DNA from: Octopus vulgaris
Taxonomy: Eukaryota
Assembly (NCBI GenBank): GCA_951406725.2
Contig: OX597820.1
Location: 108,748,001 to 108,812,000, forward strand
Direction: 5' to 3'
DNA: 64,000 nt
Of the stretch, positions 13,660 through 24,269 are shown piece after piece; within the stretch, counting starts at the first letter, position 1; every line of letters begins with the position of its first letter. The translations under genes and the position numbers were made by a program. Under the pieces are notes generated by a model. That model made no database searches. It was not told where the DNA came from and was given only the letters and a program-made list of their open reading frames with translations.

Positions 13660-14358
13660 AAGTATGGATTTGTACGAACTCATTTCACTCTTTTTGGATA
13701 GACTTGTGACTGGTGATGAAAAATTTATCTTCTATCGAAATGTTAAACGTTGTAAACACTGGCTTGGTAAAAGGAAAAAACTCAACCACAACCGAGAAAG
13801 GAACTTCATGGAAAAAAGGTTCTTCTCTCTATCTGGTGGGATTGCAAAGGAGAAATTCACTTTCAATTGTTACCACCGAATGCAACAATCAGTGCTCAAT
13901 CCCACTGTCAGCAATTGCAGCGTTTGGTCCAGGCTTTGAAGAAGACCCACTTTAGTGAATCGAAAAGGAGTGATGTTTCATTAGGACAGTGTGCGACCCC
14001 ACACTGCAAGGATCACATCACAGAAGATCGAAGAGCTTGGTTGGGAAAAAATTCCTCATCCACCTTATTCTCCTGACCTTGCTCCTTGAGACTAGCATTT
14101 GTTTCATGGTTTACAGAATCATTTGGGGGATGTAACTTGCAAGCTAGGAGGAGGTCGAAATTGACTTTTCAGAGTTCTTTGGTTTGAAACCGAAAGAGTT
14201 TTACATTGATGGGTATAAAAAGCTTGTAAATAGATGGAAGGAAGTCATAGATAATCAGGAAAGCACATTGATGGTTAAATTTCAATTAAATTTTACATTT
14301 GATCACTTGATATTTCTTTATTCAAAATTCGGAGAGAACTTATGGGATGACCTGATAT
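13660..14358 (+). mobile_element. mariner (DD34D) transposase C-terminal remnant
   Basis: FLDRLVTGDEK, KKVLLSIWWDCKG, FH*DSVRPH and HPPYSPDLAP motifs, with stops and frameshifts. Confidence 0.85.
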
Positions 14359-14574
14359 ATATATGTATGTATATCACTTTGATAGGTCTCAGCCAGTATG
14401 GGCCCAAGCCATGTCTTAGTTAATAGCACAATCTGGTAAGGTGTGTGTGTGTATATATATATATATAGTCATATGTGTGTATACATATATTTGTATTTGT
14501 GTGTGTATATATACTCATGCTTATATATATATTTTATATTAATAAATGTATATTAATAAATATATATAAATAAA

Positions 14575-15215
14575 GTTGTTGGCATCCTTTTTGTCTCGTG
14601 GGACAATGGATTTGCGCATAAAATAATCTAGTCCAGCTTTTACATTTCATGTCCTAATACATCTCCTGCTGTGGCTGTGTAATCCTATCCTGGACAAACA
14701 CTTCCTCTCGCAGGTGCCGCAAATGTAGCGAAGACTTTGCCTGGCTGGTTGTAATGTCATACTTTCTTGTTTTTCCATTTCTCGTCACTCCTTTGTGTTC
14801 CCTCTTTTACGGTACATTGCCAATCTCCACAGTTGCTGGCAACTGCTTCCCAGTTGCTAATATTGATGTTGCAGGCCTTCATGTCCCTTTTGCTAACATC
14901 CTTGTATCATAAGAACAGTCTTCCCACAGACCTAGTGCCCCTAGCAAGCTCTCCGTAGAGTATGTCCTTGGGGATTCTGCCATCTTCCATAGGGCTAACA
15001 TGTCCAAGCCATCTCATACGTTTTTGTGTGAGGAGTGCAAACATGCTTTGGTATTCCTGCTTGCTTGTGGACATCTTTGTTGGGAACATGATGCTGCCAC
15101 TTGATGCCGAGGATTTTCCGGAGGCAGCGCAGGTGAAAGATATTAGGCGACACGCTTGGCGTGTGTAGTCCAAGTCTCACTTCCATACAGTAGAGTGCTA
15201 AGTACACATATCAAG
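14575..15215 (-). mobile_element. RTE (BovB-like) LINE 3' fragment with C-terminal C2H2-like motif
   Basis: RCLRKILGIKWQHHVPNKDV and RMRWLGHV..MEDGRIPKDILYGEL..GTR; ends near C..C..SRIGLHSH. Confidence 0.8.
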
Positions 15216-15329
15216 TTAATTTTCATCTTTGAGACTTTTATGTGCCATCGGCACGGGACCAGTCAGCCTGCACTGGCAATGACCATGCTCGATGCTGTTT
15301 TTTATGTGACACTGGCACAGAAACATTAT

Positions 15330-15382
<53 letters not shown>

Positions 15383-15412
15383 CACATGTTTATATGTGTG
15401 TATATATAGATA

Positions 15413-16673
15413 CAGGGGTTGAACCAATTAATGTAAACACCTAGCGTCAAATCATCATAATTTTTTAAATATCTCTAAAACCGTCAAAAGGTTGTTTATT
15501 TTTATGTTTTGGGATTTATTATTAATGTTGCTTAATATGTTTTGCTAAAATTACTGTTTCTTTTTGGATATCATCAGAAAAAGGTAATTAAAATTCATTA
15601 AAATGACAGATGTATCGGACTTTCAAAGAGGTCAAATTGTTGGTGCTCATATTGCAGGCGCTAGCGTAACGAAAAGAGCTAAAATGTTTGGTGTATCAAG
15701 AAGTACTGTCTCAAAAGTAATGACAGCCTTTGACAAAGAAGGAAAAACCTTGTCAAAACAAAACACCGGAAGAAAACCAAAGCTTTCAGATAGGGACTGT
15801 CAGACTCTTACATGAATTGTTAGAAAGGATCACAAAAGTACAGCTCCCAAAATTACTGCAGAGCTTAATGACCAACTCAAGAACCCAGTTTCTACAAAAT
15901 CTGTTTGCCGGGAGCTGCATAAAGCCGGATTTCATGGGCAGACTGCAATCAGAAAACCACTACTTTCAAAAACAAACATTGCAAAGCATTTAGAGTGGAG
16001 TAAAAATCTACAGAATTAGTCCCTAGAGCAGTGGAGGAATGCTATTTTCTCAGATGAGTCATCCTTTACCTTATTTCCAACCACGAGCCTAGTATATGTG
16101 TGGAGGCAGCCAAAAGAAGCATTTAACCCAGACTGCTTTCTTTCAACTGTTAAACAGGGCGGGGGTCTGTGATGATCTGGTGAGGGGTGTATATCTTGGA
16201 AATCTGCTGGCCCAATGGTTTCCCTTCATGGCAGAATTAACAGTCAAGACTAAGCATTTTATCTGATCAAATACATCCTATGGTTGTTTCCGCAGGGAAC
16301 CGCAATCTTTCAGGATGATAATGCTCCAATTCACACAGCTAAAGTTGTTACTGAATGGCACGAGGAACTTCTAGTGAAGTTGAACATCTTATCTAGCCAC
16401 CACAGTCCCCAGATCTCAATATTATTGAACATTTATTTTGCATTTTAGAAAAACAAGTAAGGAGTTGATATCCTCCAGCCTCATCAGTACAAGAACTGGA
16501 GACTGTTTCAGCTGAAGAATGGACAAAAATTCTTTTGGAAACAATTCAAACTTTGTATAAGTCCATACCTCGAAGAATTTAAACTGTAATTCCTGCCAAA
16601 GTCAGTCCTACTCCGTATTAAAATAAATTTGTTTGAAATTTTAAGGTGATTCCATTATTTTGTCCAACCTCTG
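15413..16673 (+). mobile_element. Tc1 (DD34E) DNA transposon, full length, pseudogenised
   Basis: TA-flanked TIRs CAGGGGTTGAACCAATTAATG.. / ..CATTATTTTTGTCCAACCTCTG. Transposase from 15603 (DVSDFQRGQIVGA..) with FSDESSF, FQDDNAPIH and SPDLNIIEH motifs and several stops. Confidence 0.92.
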
Positions 16674-16906
16674 TATACTGTATAGATATATATAAAGTAT
16701 GATGTATTTGTGGTCAGAGGCATTCGTAAACTGAGGTACTGTAGTAAATGAATATGAGAAAGACAGGAGATAAAATACGATTTATTCGTGATCAGAGTTG
16801 TTTGAAAACACCAAGGTTCTACTGTATATATATATATATATATATATGTAATGTGTGTGTGTATTACATATATATTTATATATATATATATATATTTTAT
16901 AGAAGG

Positions 16907-16957
16907 AGCTTCTACAGGACTAGAACTGTTTCACTCAAAAGAAATCATCAGGAAGCT
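16907..16957 (-). ncRNA. Type I hammerhead ribozyme motif (antisense twin of 19921-19971)
   Basis: - strand: AGCTTC-CTGATGA-TTTCTTTTGAGT-GAAA-CAG-TTCTAGTC-CTG-TA-GAAGCT. Stem I is 6 bp, stem III is ACAG/CTGT, cleavage triplet GUA. Confidence 0.75.
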
Positions 16958-17132
16958 AGGTGACAAGAATAGTTTTGGCATTTATACATTTAGGGTGGTG
17001 GGGGACTTTTTGGGGTAGGCATGGCGTAAACTATCATTCTTAGGGGAGTGGTCAAAGGAATCAGTGATAAAGTAGATAAAAGAATAAATAGAATAATAGA
17101 GTTTAGGTAAATAAGGAGACTCTCACTTATAC

Positions 17133-17193
<61 letters not shown>

Positions 17194-17198
17194 GATGC

Positions 17199-17237
<39 letters not shown>

Positions 17238-17451
17238 TACATATATACATACACATACACACATACACACAAGTACATATACCCCCATTTTCATACATCT
17301 ACGTACTCATACATACACACATATATCTACACACATATATATAAAAATAAATAAATATAAAAACAAATATAAAAGAGGATATACACCCCCATACACACAC
17401 GCTCACATATCTATATATATATATATATATATACACACATTCATACACACA

Positions 17452-17493
<42 letters not shown>

Positions 17494-17909
17494 CATATAT
17501 ACATACACATACATATGCATATACATGCACACACATACACACACATTTCTTCCCTTATTTTAAATTTTATTTTTATATTTATTTTTATTTTTATTTTGAC
17601 CTCCACCAACCAGGCCAGCACTGAAGTAGGGTTCTCCCAAGGGATCTAGCCTAGCTGGCCTAAAGAATCCATTTATTGCCCCTCTCCCTTCCTTTCTATC
17701 TTTCTTCCCACTGATACGAACACAAACACTCACACACGCACACACATTCACACGCACACTCATACACATACACAGACGCACGTGTTATATTCATACATAC
17801 ATAAGTGTACCGACTTTCACACATAACTATGTCCACACAAAACCACATATATAAATGTACTTCCGTACACATAAACACACATGAACATCTGCCCGCATAT
17901 ATAGACGCA

Positions 17910-18292
17910 TCTCTCTCTATATAAACGGCAGTTTGTCTGTGCGTGTTTCTGTGTGTCTGTTTGCTTGTACCCTCACCCTGACCACGGCTTTCAACCGATT
18001 CTGATGAAACTTGACACACACATAGCCCAATGTCATAATTCAAAACTAACGCAGCGAAAATTTTGAAAAGTTCCCCCAGTTCTGAAAAAAATCGATAAAT
18101 TCGACATGGGGTCGAGAATCAGAAACACAAACGGCAAACTGTCTAGGTGACGCAACTCCACCTTTTTTAACTAAAAAAAAAATTTACCATCATTTTTTTC
18201 CATTTTTTTGCTATTTTTTGGCTATAACTCTCTAAAAATGCTTTATAGTTATTTCCCTTACAAACCTGAGCAACGCCGGGCGATACTGCTAG
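17910..18292 (+). mobile_element. Short non-autonomous Helitron (~380 bp)
   Basis: Starts TC after A; ends with hairpin CCTGAGCAACGCCGGG then CGATACTG-CTAG followed by T. The empty site is visible in the opposite arm of the inverted repeat. Confidence 0.92.
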
Positions 18293-18588
18293 TATGCCTA
18301 TATACAGACATTTGTGCATATAAACATACATACGCATATATACGCATCCATACGCCTTTAAGTACATATTAGCACACATGCACGCATACACGTGTACATA
18401 AAAGCATACCTACATATATCTACCTACACACATACATATACATACATGCACGTATATACACATACGTACACGTACCTACAAATTCATATCTACACGCATA
18501 CACATACATCTACACACACACAGAAGACTAGTCCATATATATACACAAATATATATATACACATATATATACATATACATATATATAC

Positions 18589-18642
<54 letters not shown>

Positions 18643-19608
18643 ACGCACGCATATACCTACATGTACATACACATATATACTTACACCAGTCATATACATA
18701 CCTACATACACATACATCCATATATCTATACATATACATACACATATATATACACATGCACATACTAATACACATACGCATATCTACGCACATACACGCA
18801 CACACATCTATCTACATATATGTGTATATACGTGCATGTATGTATATGTATGTGTGTAGGTAGATATATGTAGGTATGCTTTTATGTACACGTGTATGCG
18901 TGCATGTGTGCTAATATGTACTTAAAGTCGTATGGATGCTTATATATGCGTATGTATGTTTATATGCACAAATGTCTGTATATAGGCATATGCGTCTATA
19001 TATGCGGGCAGATGTTCATGTGTGTTTATGTGTACGGAAGTACATTTATATATGTGGTTTTGTGTGTACATAGTTATATGTGAAAGTCGGTACACTTATG
19101 TATGTATGAATATAACACGTGCGTATGTGTATGAGTGTGCGTGTGTGAGTGTTTATGTTCGTATCAGTGGGAAGAAAGATAGAAAGGAAGGGAGAGCGGC
19201 AATAAATGGATTCTTTAGGCCAGCTAGGCTAGATCCCTTGGGAGAACCCTACTTAAGTGCTGGCCTGGTTGGTGGAGGTCAAAATAAAAATAAATATAAA
19301 AATAAAATTTAAAATAAGGGAAGAAATGTGTGTGTATGTGTGTGCATGTATATGCATATGTATGTGTATGTATATATATATATATATAAGTGTGTGTATG
19401 AATGTGTGTATATATATATATACATATATATAGTTATGTGAGCGTGTGTGTATGGGGGTGTATATCCTCTTTTATATTTGTTTTTATATTTATTTATTTT
19501 TATATATATGTGTGTATGTATGAGTATGGGTATGGGTGTGTACGTAGATGTATGAAAATGGGGGTATATGTACTTGTGTATATGGATGTATGTGTGTATG
19601 TGTATGTA

Positions 19609-19640
<32 letters not shown>

Positions 19641-19660
19641 CATGTGTATATATGTGCATG

Positions 19661-19693
<33 letters not shown>

Positions 19694-19920
19694 ATATGTA
19701 TGTGTGTGTGTATATGTATATATATATATGTATAAGTGAGAGTCTCCTTATTTACCTAAACTCTATTATTCTATTTATTCTTTTATCTACTTTATCACTG
19801 ATTCCTTTGACCATTCCCCTAAGAATGATAGTTTACGCCATGCCTACCCCAAAAAGTCCCCCACCACCACCCCTTTAAACCTGCCTAAATGTATAAATGC
19901 CAAAACTATTCTTGTCACCT

Positions 19921-19971
19921 AGCTTCCTGATGATTTCTTTTTAATGAAACAGTTCTAGTCCTGTAGAAGCT
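19921..19971 (+). ncRNA. Type I hammerhead ribozyme motif
   Basis: AGCTTC-CTGATGA-TTTCTTTTTAAT-GAAA-CAG-TTCTAGTC-CTG-TA-GAAGCT. Complete core, perfect stems I and III, weak or eroded stem II. Confidence 0.72.
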
Positions 19972-20180
19972 CCTTCTATAAAATAAATTAATTTACTCTG
20001 CTATGTATTGAGTACCTTATTTACTGTGGTTAACCCTGACTCAACCCGGGACCTACATATATATATATATATAGAAATTCGGTGTGAGTACTTGATAATT
20101 GTAAGCACCTGTATATACCGTTTGGTGGTGTAGGTGGTGGAGTAAATTAATCAAAATAAAAACATGATGCCAAGGATTCA

Positions 20181-20258
20181 GCGGTACATATGTTTCGGGC
20201 CTTTATTAGACGGATTTATAACAATGCATAATGTGCGTCTGTGGCCTTCTTCAGCTGC
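20181..20258 (-). ncRNA. Minimal type I hammerhead ribozyme motif (stem I has one A-C mismatch)
   Basis: - strand: GCAG-CTGAAGA-A-GGCC..AGACG..CGTCT..GGCC-C-GAAA-CATATG-TA-CCGC. Confidence 0.65.
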
Positions 20259-20378
20259 GCACAACTACTTCTTCAAGGACATGTATTACATCAAAAATTC
20301 TTGGTTGCGAATGAGAGGATTTGCATCCCCAACCAAGAATTTTTGATGTAATACATGTCCTTGAAGAAGTAGTTGTGC

Positions 20379-20456
20379 GCGGCTGAAGAAGGCCACAGAC
20401 GCACATTACGCATTGTTATAAATCCGTCTAATAAAGGCCCGAAACATATGTACCGC
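20379..20456 (+). ncRNA. Minimal type I hammerhead ribozyme motif of the Penelope-like-element type
   Basis: GCGG-CTGAAGA-A-GGCC-AC-AGACG-loop-CGTCT-AATAAA-GGCC-C-GAAA-CATATG-TA-CCGC. Stem I is GCGG/CCGC, stem II is long, stem III is the palindrome ACATATGT, and the site is GUA (20450-52). Confidence 0.8.
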
Positions 20457-20558
20457 TGAATCCTTGGCATCATGTTTTTATATATGTATGTATGTAAGTG
20501 TGTGTGTATATATATGTGTGTGTGTGTCATATATATATTTCCTTTGATATGTTTACAG

Positions 20559-20771
20559 ACCCTGTGTATGGATCGGAAAGCAAAGCCTTCAAATATGAGG
20601 ATGATGAAGAAGAGAATGATAGTGATGATGAAGAGGAAAAGCTGACTCATGACATATGGGGTACTAAAATCCCAAACCTTTGCAAAGATATTGATACTTG
20701 TAGTTCAGTAAACAGTCTTAGTGATGACCACATGTCCGACTTCGATGAACCTCCTCTTGATGATTTCAAAA
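20559..20771 (+). CDS. EIF2B5: eIF2B epsilon exon (acidic linker): (D)PVYGSESKAFKYEDDEEENDSDDEEEKLTHDIWGTKIPNLCKDIDTCSSVNSLSDDHMSDFDEPPLDDFK
   Basis: Acceptor tttacAG 20557-58, donor GTATGT 20772; phase 1 to phase 1. Resembles human PAEVGAAGKGYLW..LQQNLWG..SPQMDDIK. Confidence 0.9.
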
Positions 20772-21134
20772 GTATGTATTACTATTATTATTATAATTAT
20801 CATCCTCATCACCATCATCGTCATCTGCATCATTATAATAATTAATAATTGTTGAGCTGCAAATTCATTAGCATGCTAGGCAAGATGCTTAGCAGCATTT
20901 CTTCCAGCTCTTTAAGTACTAGTTGAGCACAGGGGCTTAGGTAACGGGAGAACCCCTTGTTTCAAGATTTCAGGCCTTGTGTCTATAGTCGACATCATCA
21001 TCATTGAAAGTCTGTTTTCCCTTTAGGATGTGTCCTCTGGCATGGTTTCTTCTGCTGGACACCCTTTCTAACACCAAACACTCCACAAAGTGTACTGGGT
21101 GCTTTTTGAATGGCCCCAGTTTGTGTATTCTTTT

Positions 21135-21425
21135 ATATGTTTCAGCCCTAAGGCTGTGGTCATGCTGGGGCACCATCATTGTAATCACCTTTTAATTGAC
21201 CAATCCTATGTGATTGGCTTTTGGTGAAGGAGGCTTTTCAACACTGCTGCCCTTGTTTGTGTTTTCTGCCTTGATATTGGTTCATCTGGAATCTTGGATA
21301 GTAAGAGATCAAGCTGTTTCTTGAAAACATCTATCCCCACTCCACAGAGATCCCTCAAAATGTTTTTGCAAGGCATTAAATAGCTATGAGCCCTCGAATC
21401 CCAAGCTATTGTAGTACGTGGTTCC
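21135..21425 (-). mobile_element. CR1/L2-type LINE 3' fragment
   Basis: LRDLCGVGIDVFKKQLDLLLSKIPDEP is homologous to the end of ORF 62192..63811. Carries the shared 3' tail stem-loop. Confidence 0.75.
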
Positions 21426-21477
21426 CTGAACATATATGTGCCTGTGTGTATGTATTTATATATGAGTGTATATAAAA

Positions 21478-22715
21478 TGTGCTGGGACCAACTTCCACCA
21501 CATTCCAGGGAGAAAAACTAGAAATAGTTGATAGCTTCCGTTACCTAGGTGACCAAGTCAGTAGCGAGGGTGGGTGTGCTGAAAGTGTAACTGCTAGAGT
21601 AAGAATAGCCTCGGCAACGTTCAGAGAGCACTTACCCCTGCTGGTGACAAAAGGCCTCTCACTCAGAGTAAAAGGCAGACTGTATGTTGCATGTGTACGA
21701 ACAGCCATGCTACATGGTAGTGAAACATGGGCCATGACTGCTGAGGATATGCGTAAGCTTGCAAGAAATGAAGCCAGTATGCTCCGATGGATGTGTAATG
21801 TCAGTGTTCATACTCGACAGAGTGTAAGTACCTTGAGAGAAAAGCTGGACCTAAGAAGCATCAGTTGTGGTGTGCAAGAGAGGCGTTTGCGCTGGTATGG
21901 TCATGTGACGAGAATGGATGAAGATAGTTGTGTGAAAAAGTGCCACACCTTAGTGGTTGAGGGGAACCCATGGAAGAGGTAGACCCAGGAAAACCTGGGA
22001 TGAGGTGGTGAAGCACGACCTTTGAACTTTAGGTCTCACTGAGGAAATGACTAGAGACCGAGACGTATGGAAGTATGCTGTGCGTGAGAAGACCCAGCAG
22101 GACAAGTGAGACCATAACCCATGGCCTCTACCTGGGATGTAGCCAGTCCACTTATGCATGCCTTTCTTTCTTGGGTTCTTGGGACACAAAACTCTACTTG
22201 TGAAGACCTGTTGAGGCAAGTGAGAATCAGAATCAAAATCAAAATCGATCAACATCAATGGAAATTGTAGCTGTGATACCAGTACCAGTGGCACGTAAGC
22301 GAACCATCCGAACGTGGCCGTTGCCAGCGTTGCCCCGACGGGCCTCTGTGCCGGTGGCACGTAAAAAGCACCATCCGATCGTGGCCGTTGCCAGCCTCGC
22401 CTGGCCCCCGTACCGGTGGCATGTAAAAAGCGCCATCCAATCGTGGCCGTTGCCAGTCTCGCCTGGCCCTCGTGCTGGTGGCGCGTAAAAAGCACCATCC
22501 GACCGTGAACGTTTGCCATCCCCGTCTGGCAACTGTGCCGGTGGCACGTAAAAAGCACCCTCTACACTCACGGAGTGGTTGTTGTTAGGAAGGGCATCCA
22601 GCCATAGAAACATTACCAGATCAGACTGGGCCTGGTGCAGCCTTCTGGCTTCCCAAACCCCAGTTGAACCGTCCAACCCATGCTAGCATGGAAAGCGGAC
22701 GCTAAATGATGATGA
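21478..22715 (+). mobile_element. RTE LINE, 5'-truncated, with tandem-repeat 3' UTR and (GAT)n tail
   Basis: ORF 21479..21982 ([26 protein letters not shown]). Five GTGGCACGTAAAAAGCACC-type units, then GATGATGAT tail. Confidence 0.92.
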
Positions 22716-23063
22716 TATATATATTAAAAATGAACCCAAAAGGCTTTGCGCATTACAGAGAGAAAGCTACTATGGAAGGATCATACTATAATAACTGTGT
22801 ATAATATATATCATAATAATAGTTATTCTCCGATTTGAAGCAACAATTTTTTAATATAAATAGATGACTGAAAATGATGAGCTAGCCTTAGGCTGAATCA
22901 AACTTCACAAATTGACGCTTTCATAGCTCCTTGTAAATCTGATTAGGCAAATGCTCACCCATCAATTTCAGCCAAATTTTATTAATATATACTTAAACTG
23001 TCTTGATGCTACAATCGGAGAATGAATATCATTATGATATATATTATATACAGTTGTGTTTGT

Positions 23064-23098
<35 letters not shown>

Positions 23099-23128
23099 AT
23101 TGATTTATTGCGTGTATATATATATATA

Positions 23129-23796
23129 CAGGGGAAGTTAAAAATTAGCCACACTTTCGCCAAAACATATCTTTATTACTGTCACACTGTCTTCTGTGCA
23201 TGTGTATAGCTGCTACTATTGTGGTCACGTGATCAAAGTTTGAGCCTGCTGGTGCCATTTTTTGTTCTGGCTTTACAGTGTAAGCATGGCTGCTCCACTA
23301 GCAATGTGCACTAAAGAAGAACAAAGAGCAGTGATTCGATTTCTCTGGAAAAAGGGTATATGATCTACAGTGCAAAATACTGTGCTTTGCTGGCCAACAA
23401 ACTGAAACTAATAATTCGCACCAAATAACAAAGCTTAGTGTTGAAGAAAATTTTGTTGTTGCATGACAATGCATTCCCACACACAGCCACCATTGAAACC
23501 ATTGGGTTTTGAGGTGCTGGAACACCCTGCCTACAGCCTTCCAACTGTCATGTCTTGTAAACATGGTTTACAAGGTCATTGATTTCCTACAGATGAAGAT
23601 GTGAAGGAAGTGGTGCATAAATGGTTGCATGACCAACCATAAACCCTCTCAGAGGGAATATGCAAGCTTGTGGACTGCTGGACCAAGTTCATCAAAAATG
23701 GAGGAGACTATACAGAATGACATACTTGTTTATCCTTTGCTATTGTGTAAATGCATTGAAAAACAAGAATGTGTGTAATTTTTTACTCTTCCTCAT
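23129..23796 (+). mobile_element. Internally deleted mariner remnant
   Basis: Degenerate TIRs (CAGGGGAAGTTAAAAATTA.. / ..TAATTTTTTACTCTTCCTC), with LHDNAFPHTA and GFEVLEHPAYS fragments. Confidence 0.65.
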
Positions 23797-23844
23797 ATGA
23801 AAATATATATATATACATATACATCAAAATATATATATATACAA

Positions 23845-24265
23845 TCAAAATCATAATCGATCAACAAATGGAATTTGTAGCTGTGATACCAGTGCCAGTA
23901 AGAGAACCATCCGAACGTGGCCGTAGCCAATGCCGCCCTGACTGGTCTCCGAGCCGGTGGCACGTAAAAAGCACCATCCGATCATGCCGTTGCCAGCCTC
24001 GTCTGGCCTCCGTGCCGGTGGCACATAAAAAGCACCATCCGATCGTGGCTGTTTGCCAGCCTTGTCTGGCACCTGTGCCGGTGGCACATAAAAAGCACCC
24101 ACTACACTCATGGAGTGGTTGGCATTAGGAAGGGCATCAGGCTGTAGAAACACTGCCAGATCAGACTGGGCCTGGTGCAGCCTTCTGGCTTCCCAGACCC
24201 CAGTTGAACCATCCTACCCATGCTAGCATGGAAAGCAGACGTTAAATGATGATGATGATGATGAT
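23845..24265 (+). mobile_element. RTE 3'-UTR-only copy
   Basis: Matches 22235-22715 including the tandem hairpin units and (GAT)n tail. Confidence 0.85.
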
Positions 24266-24269
24266 ACAT

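Larger units (their letters stand above)
16895..19983. repeat. Large inverted repeat (arms ~16895-18464 and ~18819-19983) of a microsatellite-rich, HHR-bearing PLE terminal-repeat-like sequence
   Basis: Unique blocks (e.g. 16895-17130 vs 19730-19983; 17540-17910 vs 18990-19330) are reverse complements with few differences. The left arm carries an extra Helitron. Confidence 0.9.
20156..20481. repeat. Near-perfect 152-bp fold-back (22-nt loop) made of two inverted HHR-bearing segments
   Basis: 20156-20307 is the reverse complement of 20330-20481 with only two differences (20228 A opposite C; 20256 T opposite G). Confidence 0.95.

Noticed and set aside
17995-18015. CTGATGAAAC as a hammerhead core
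   Set aside because: CTGATGA and GAAAC overlap, with no stem II or flanking stems; it is part of the Helitron internal sequence.
20660-20668. Exon ending at the internal GTACTA donor after ..DIWG
   Set aside because: The donor is weak, and the frame continues to PPLDDFK, which corresponds to the segment preceding the W2 domain and ends at a better GTATGT donor. Minor alternative use is not excluded.
22280-22565. CRISPR-like array (palindromic ~30-nt repeat with ~30-nt spacers)
   Set aside because: The linkers are homologous to each other, the array is part of the RTE LINE 3' UTR seen in several copies, there are no cas genes and the context is eukaryotic.
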